Both the position numbers and the translations under genes were made by a program. From Methanobacteriota archaeon (lineage in GTDB: Archaea; Halobacteriota; Methanosarcinia; Methanosarcinales; Methanoperedenaceae), in contig CAWCBK010000017.1 of assembly GCA_963793805.1 (NCBI GenBank), positions 9,279-73,278 on the forward strand: a stretch of DNA of 64,000 nt. Reading direction: 5' to 3'. Position 1 is the first letter of the stretch. Each line of letters starts with the position of its first letter. Below are positions 60,377 to 64,000 of the stretch, piece by piece. Below the pieces are notes generated by a model that saw only the letters and a list, made by a program, of their open reading frames with translations, was not told the DNA's origin and did no database searches.

Positions 60377-61006
60377 TTATTGAGGTTCGTCCTGCACCAG
60401 GCTAAGGTACTGCGGGGGTATCTCATCTGAAAGCACTATGTTATCGTTCGCAGTAAGCAGACTTAACCCATCATTTTGTGCTTCTGCCGCATTTATTTTG
60501 ATCAATACAGGATCATCGGTATGGATTTTTGCGACTTCAAGTGCTTTCTCAACCGATGTGCTCAGGTGTACATACCTTTGTTTTATGGGTCTTATACCCT
60601 TTTCAAGTAATATGTCCACTTCTTCGCGGCTTGCCCCATAATACAGTTCAGGAAGTTCAGTCTCGGGATAATCAAGGTCGACATCCACAGAATGACCGTA
60701 CCTTGCGCGGATCTTCCTGCCATTGATCTCGTATCTGCCTTTTTCATCAGATTCGATCATCGAAAAAAGCTTGTCTTTGTTAGACCATTTGTACCGTGTT
60801 CTCATGGCGTCGCACAAGACATCTACGTCCACCCAGCCGTGCTGGTTCATCGCAAGTCCAAGGTCGTCTGGAAAATGGCGCAACGCCCCGGAAACAAATC
60901 GACCAAGCCTTTCTGTCTGATCATCGTCCAGGATGAGAATCCCGGGTTCACCGCAATTACATTCGGTTCCTCTGAAAATTCCATGAATTGCACAATTTTT
61001 TATCAT
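60377..61006 (-). CDS. kptA: RNA 2'-phosphotransferase (Tpt1/KptA)
   Basis: LRH, KGRYE, RARYGHS, R.YVHLS. Confidence 0.92.
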   Translation of the reverse strand: MIKNCAIHGIFRGTECNCGEPGILILDDDQTERLGRFVSGALRHFPDDLGLAMNQHGWVDVDVLCDAMRTRYKWSNKDKLFSMIESDEKGRYEINGRKIRARYGHSVDVDLDYPETELPELYYGASREEVDILLEKGIRPIKQRYVHLSTSVEKALEVAKIHTDDPVLIKINAAEAQNDGLSLLTANDNIVLSDEIPPQYLSLVQDEPQ

Positions 61007-61204
61007 TTCTGGCTCATATACGGTTCATCATGTTATATAATTTACCAACATCCTGATACATAGTTTTTTTGAAAAGATATTATAAAAAAATTACCGCAAT
61101 CTTAATTTATTGACCGGACACTTTAACTCCTAATAAGGGAGAAACGAAATGGTCATCACTGAAATCGCAATAAAAGTATTCAGCTTTAAAAATGCAGGGG
61201 CTGG

Positions 61205-62614
61205 ATGTATATGTTAGATACGCTATTCTACCCCGCGTCCATTGCAGTTATCGGAGCGTCCAATAATGAAATTAAATGGGGCGGACGTATATTGAAGAAC
61301 ATCCTGAGTGATTTTAAAGGAAAGGTCTATCCAGTCAATCCCGGTGAAACAAGTATTCAGGGGCTGGTTTCATATTCCTCTGTCCTGGACATCCCGGATG
61401 ATGTGGAGATGGCTTTGATAATCGTTCCCGCTAAATTTGTTCTTTCAGTTGCGGAAGAATGCGGAAAAAAAGGCGTTAAGGGGCTTATTGTTGTGAGTGC
61501 GGGTTTTAGTGAGACTGGAAATAATGAACTTGAAAGCCAGCTGGTATCGATCGTGAGAAAATATGGGATACGCATGATAGGACCGAATACCCTTGGCATC
61601 GTGAACGAACCTGTGGGTCTTAATGCAAGCATTATTGGCAGGCTTCCGCGTCCAGGTTCGATCTCTTTTATTACGCAGAGCGGCTCTCTGGGTCTTGCAC
61701 TTGCTGAGTGGACTATCGATACAGGAATAGGGCTTTCCAAGGTCATCAGTACAGGCAACAAGGCTGACATTGATGATGTTGATCTCATAGAGTACCTGAA
61801 CAGCGACCCATCGACCGGAGTAATTGCCATGTATGTGGAGGGAATAAAACGTGGGAGGGAGTTCATAGACGCTGTCCGAAGGGTGAATAAACCGATCGTT
61901 GCTATCAAGACAGGAAGGTCGAAGAGGGGTGCAAAGGCGGTATTTTCGCATACGGGCTCGATTGCCGGCTCTGACGAGGTGTATTCAGCAGCTTTCAGGC
62001 AGGCTGGAATACTTCGCGTAGATGATATCGATGATCTCTTCGATTCCGCGCTTGCTTTTTCGTGCCAGCCTCTCCCGGATGGGAATAATGTGGCGATCTT
62101 ATCCAATGGCGGCGGCGCTTCAATAGTTGCGGCTGATGAATGTGAGAGGCAGGGGCTGAATATTGTTGACCTGTCAGAAAAAACGCGTGAGCAAATAAAG
62201 AGCGTCATTCCTGAATTCGCATCGAGTTCCAATCCCATAGATACAGCGGGGACTGTTTCTTTCAAAATATATACTGATTCAATACAGGCGCTGCATGATG
62301 ATCCGAACGTTGATGCAATTGTTGTTATTTATGTGCATACTATGATGACAAATGCAATGCCTCCGGCTGAGGCTGTGGTCGAGATGAGGCAGAAATGCAT
62401 GAAAGCGAAAAGCACAAAACCGATTATTGCATGCTGGATGGGCGGGGCAGGCACTGAGCAGGGAGTGGAAATACTTAAGAGCGGATGCATTCCGAATTAT
62501 CCTGTTCCTGAGAGGGCAGTGAAAGCGCTGTCCTGTCTCATAAAGCACAGGGAATTTCTTGATAAGGTAAAGATCGGGTCTGAGCACAGGGATAAAATGG
62601 GGAGATGCAAATGA
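61205..62614 (+). CDS. acdA: Acetate--CoA ligase (ADP-forming), alpha subunit
   Basis: IAVIGAS, YPVNP, IGPN, TQSG, SHTGSIAG, SNGGG. Confidence 0.88.
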   Translation: MYMLDTLFYPASIAVIGASNNEIKWGGRILKNILSDFKGKVYPVNPGETSIQGLVSYSSVLDIPDDVEMALIIVPAKFVLSVAEECGKKGVKGLIVVSAGFSETGNNELESQLVSIVRKYGIRMIGPNTLGIVNEPVGLNASIIGRLPRPGSISFITQSGSLGLALAEWTIDTGIGLSKVISTGNKADIDDVDLIEYLNSDPSTGVIAMYVEGIKRGREFIDAVRRVNKPIVAIKTGRSKRGAKAVFSHTGSIAGSDEVYSAAFRQAGILRVDDIDDLFDSALAFSCQPLPDGNNVAILSNGGGASIVAADECERQGLNIVDLSEKTREQIKSVIPEFASSSNPIDTAGTVSFKIYTDSIQALHDDPNVDAIVVIYVHTMMTNAMPPAEAVVEMRQKCMKAKSTKPIIACWMGGAGTEQGVEILKSGCIPNYPVPERAVKALSCLIKHREFLDKVKIGSEHRDKMGRCK

Positions 62615-63255
62615 ATATTCTTACAGAGCATGAAGCGAAGAAGCTTCTTGCAAAATACGGGATACCAGTAACGCAGGGCAGCATTGCAAAAAGCGAGGAC
62701 GAGGCTTTTCGTATCGCATCCAGCATTGGTTTTCCTGTGGCAATGAAGATATCCTCACCTGACATTTCTCATAAATCGGATGTGGGCGGTGTAGTATTGA
62801 ACGTTAAGAAAGAGGATGTGAAGTCTTCATATTCCAATATGATATCAAGGGTCAGGAAAGCAGTCCCTGGCGCGAATATCGAGGGCGTCCTTGTGCAGCA
62901 GATGGCGCCTCAGGGTCATGAGGTCATCGTGGGACTTAAGAAGGATGCGCAGTTCGGTCATGCCCTGATGTTCGGACTAGGGGGCATTTTCGTGGAGGTC
63001 TATAAGGATGTCTCGTTCAGGGTGACCCCTATCGATATTAAGGAGGCGCTTGAGATGATATCTGAGATTAAAGGGTATCAGATATTGAAAGGTATCAGGG
63101 GCAGGAAACCTGCTGATGTGAATGCCGTGGCGAAGGTGCTTGTTTCTGTGTCCGAGATAGCGGAGAAGGAGAATATTATTGAGCTAGATATAAATCCACT
63201 GATGGTTGGAGAGAAGGGGGCGGTTGCGGTGGATGCAAGGGCGATGGTGGAGTGA
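62605..63255 (+). CDS. acdB: Acetate--CoA ligase (ADP-forming), beta (ATP-grasp) subunit
   Basis: EHEAKKLL, HKSDVGGV, FGLGGIFVE, ELDINP, VDAR. Confidence 0.88.
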   Translation: MQMNILTEHEAKKLLAKYGIPVTQGSIAKSEDEAFRIASSIGFPVAMKISSPDISHKSDVGGVVLNVKKEDVKSSYSNMISRVRKAVPGANIEGVLVQQMAPQGHEVIVGLKKDAQFGHALMFGLGGIFVEVYKDVSFRVTPIDIKEALEMISEIKGYQILKGIRGRKPADVNAVAKVLVSVSEIAEKENIIELDINPLMVGEKGAVAVDARAMVE

Positions 63256-63301
63256 AATAAACATTTTAAGATCTCAATCATTTAAAAAAGATACATAATA
63301 A

Positions 63302-63384
63302 TGCGGGGGATGGGATTTGAACCCACGAATGCCTGCGCAACAGGATCTTAAGTCCTGCACCTTTGGCCGCTCGGTAACCCCCGC
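63302..63384 (-). tRNA. tRNA-Leu (anticodon TAA)
   Basis: Reverse complement GCGGGGGTTACCGAGCGGCCAAAGGTGCAGGAC-TTAAGA-TCCTG...GGTTCAAATCCCATCCCCCGCA; long variable arm. Confidence 0.95.
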
Positions 63385-63471
63385 ATGGGGACATGCGTAA
63401 TAGCCCTTGGATTACATTAAGCTAACGCATATTCGACATGGTTATGTACGAGCCGGTACAATTCCGGGATA

Positions 63472-64000
63472 ATGACACCTCCATTTGCCACCTTCTCCCG
63501 CAACGTGTTCATACCACTTACCAACATCTGCAGGAACAGGTGCAGATACTGCGGCTTTCGCCGTGACATCGGTCATCCTGAGGCAAGCCTCCTGACCCCT
63601 GCCGAAGTAGCTGATATACTTGACAGGGGAGCCCGCGCAGGCTGCTCAGAAGCGCTTTTCACATTCGGTGAGCGTGCAGAAGAAGTGGAAGGCTTCATTT
63701 CGCTGCTCCGGAATCTTGGGTATCATTCCATAATTGATTACCTTGCTGACATGTGCAGGCTGTCGATACGAAAAGGATTGCTCCCTCACAGCAATCCAGG
63801 CATACTTGAAAAAGACGAGCTTGAAAAATTAATGTCATGCAATGCAAGCATGGGGCTTATGCTTGAGACCACAGGCATCATTGAAGCGCACAAAGGATGT
63901 AAGGGAAAAAATCCGGCAGCGCGGATAAAAACAATCAGGACAGCCGGTGAACTGCGGATTCCCTTCACAACAGGGATACTCGTTGGCATAGGAGAAACAC
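63472..64000 (+). CDS. cofG: 7,8-didemethyl-8-hydroxy-5-deazariboflavin (FO) synthase subunit, partial
   Basis: MTPPFATFSRNVFIPLTNICRNRCRYCGF (CX3CX2C), EALFTFGE, LPHSNPG, SMGLMLE, PFTTGILVGIGE; runs off the window. Confidence 0.92.
   Translation, partial: MTPPFATFSRNVFIPLTNICRNRCRYCGFRRDIGHPEASLLTPAEVADILDRGARAGCSEALFTFGERAEEVEGFISLLRNLGYHSIIDYLADMCRLSIRKGLLPHSNPGILEKDELEKLMSCNASMGLMLETTGIIEAHKGCKGKNPAARIKTIRTAGELRIPFTTGILVGIGET

Noticed and set aside
61357-62265. Long antisense ORFs (61357..62265, 37823..38530, 38236..38850, 30072..30659 and others)
   Set aside because: They lie opposite well-conserved genes and have no motifs of their own
63280-63400. tRNA-Leu as an integration site
   Set aside because: Flanked by core genes (acdB, cofG); I saw no integrase or duplicated tRNA 3' end

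Overview
Archaeal chromosomal window. Gene content (McrG, CofG, MptE, PEF-/PGF-CTERM surface proteins, Methanosarcinales-type S-layer domains, a multiheme cytochrome, ADP-forming acetyl-CoA synthetase) points to Methanosarcinales, most likely an ANME-2d / Ca. Methanoperedens-like organism; this is inferred from content. Most of it is housekeeping: proAB, glmM, leuC/hacA, pheA, ribK/ribB, ilvE, ppsA, pyrBI, kptA, acdAB, tRNA-Leu, cofG. The standout is 34563..37355: a complete, orphan methyl-coenzyme M reductase gamma subunit (McrG) fused in frame to an unknown region (carrying an ~88-aa FSWD...GKLNIY module) and three tandem PLAT/LH2 domains. No mcrB/D/A is nearby, and an AT-rich patch of micro-ORFs, including a probable secreted peptide, lies upstream. 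Other unusual items: a MamK-like actin coupled to an ArlD/E-domain protein; an N-terminally anchored PKD + S-layer protein operon; a three-copy Zn-finger microprotein family; a PEF-CTERM/glycosylation cluster; a small decaying defence island; and recurrent ATN-periodic AT arrays in promoter regions. Five genes carry single-base frameshifts, mostly at short homopolymers, probably sequencing errors.
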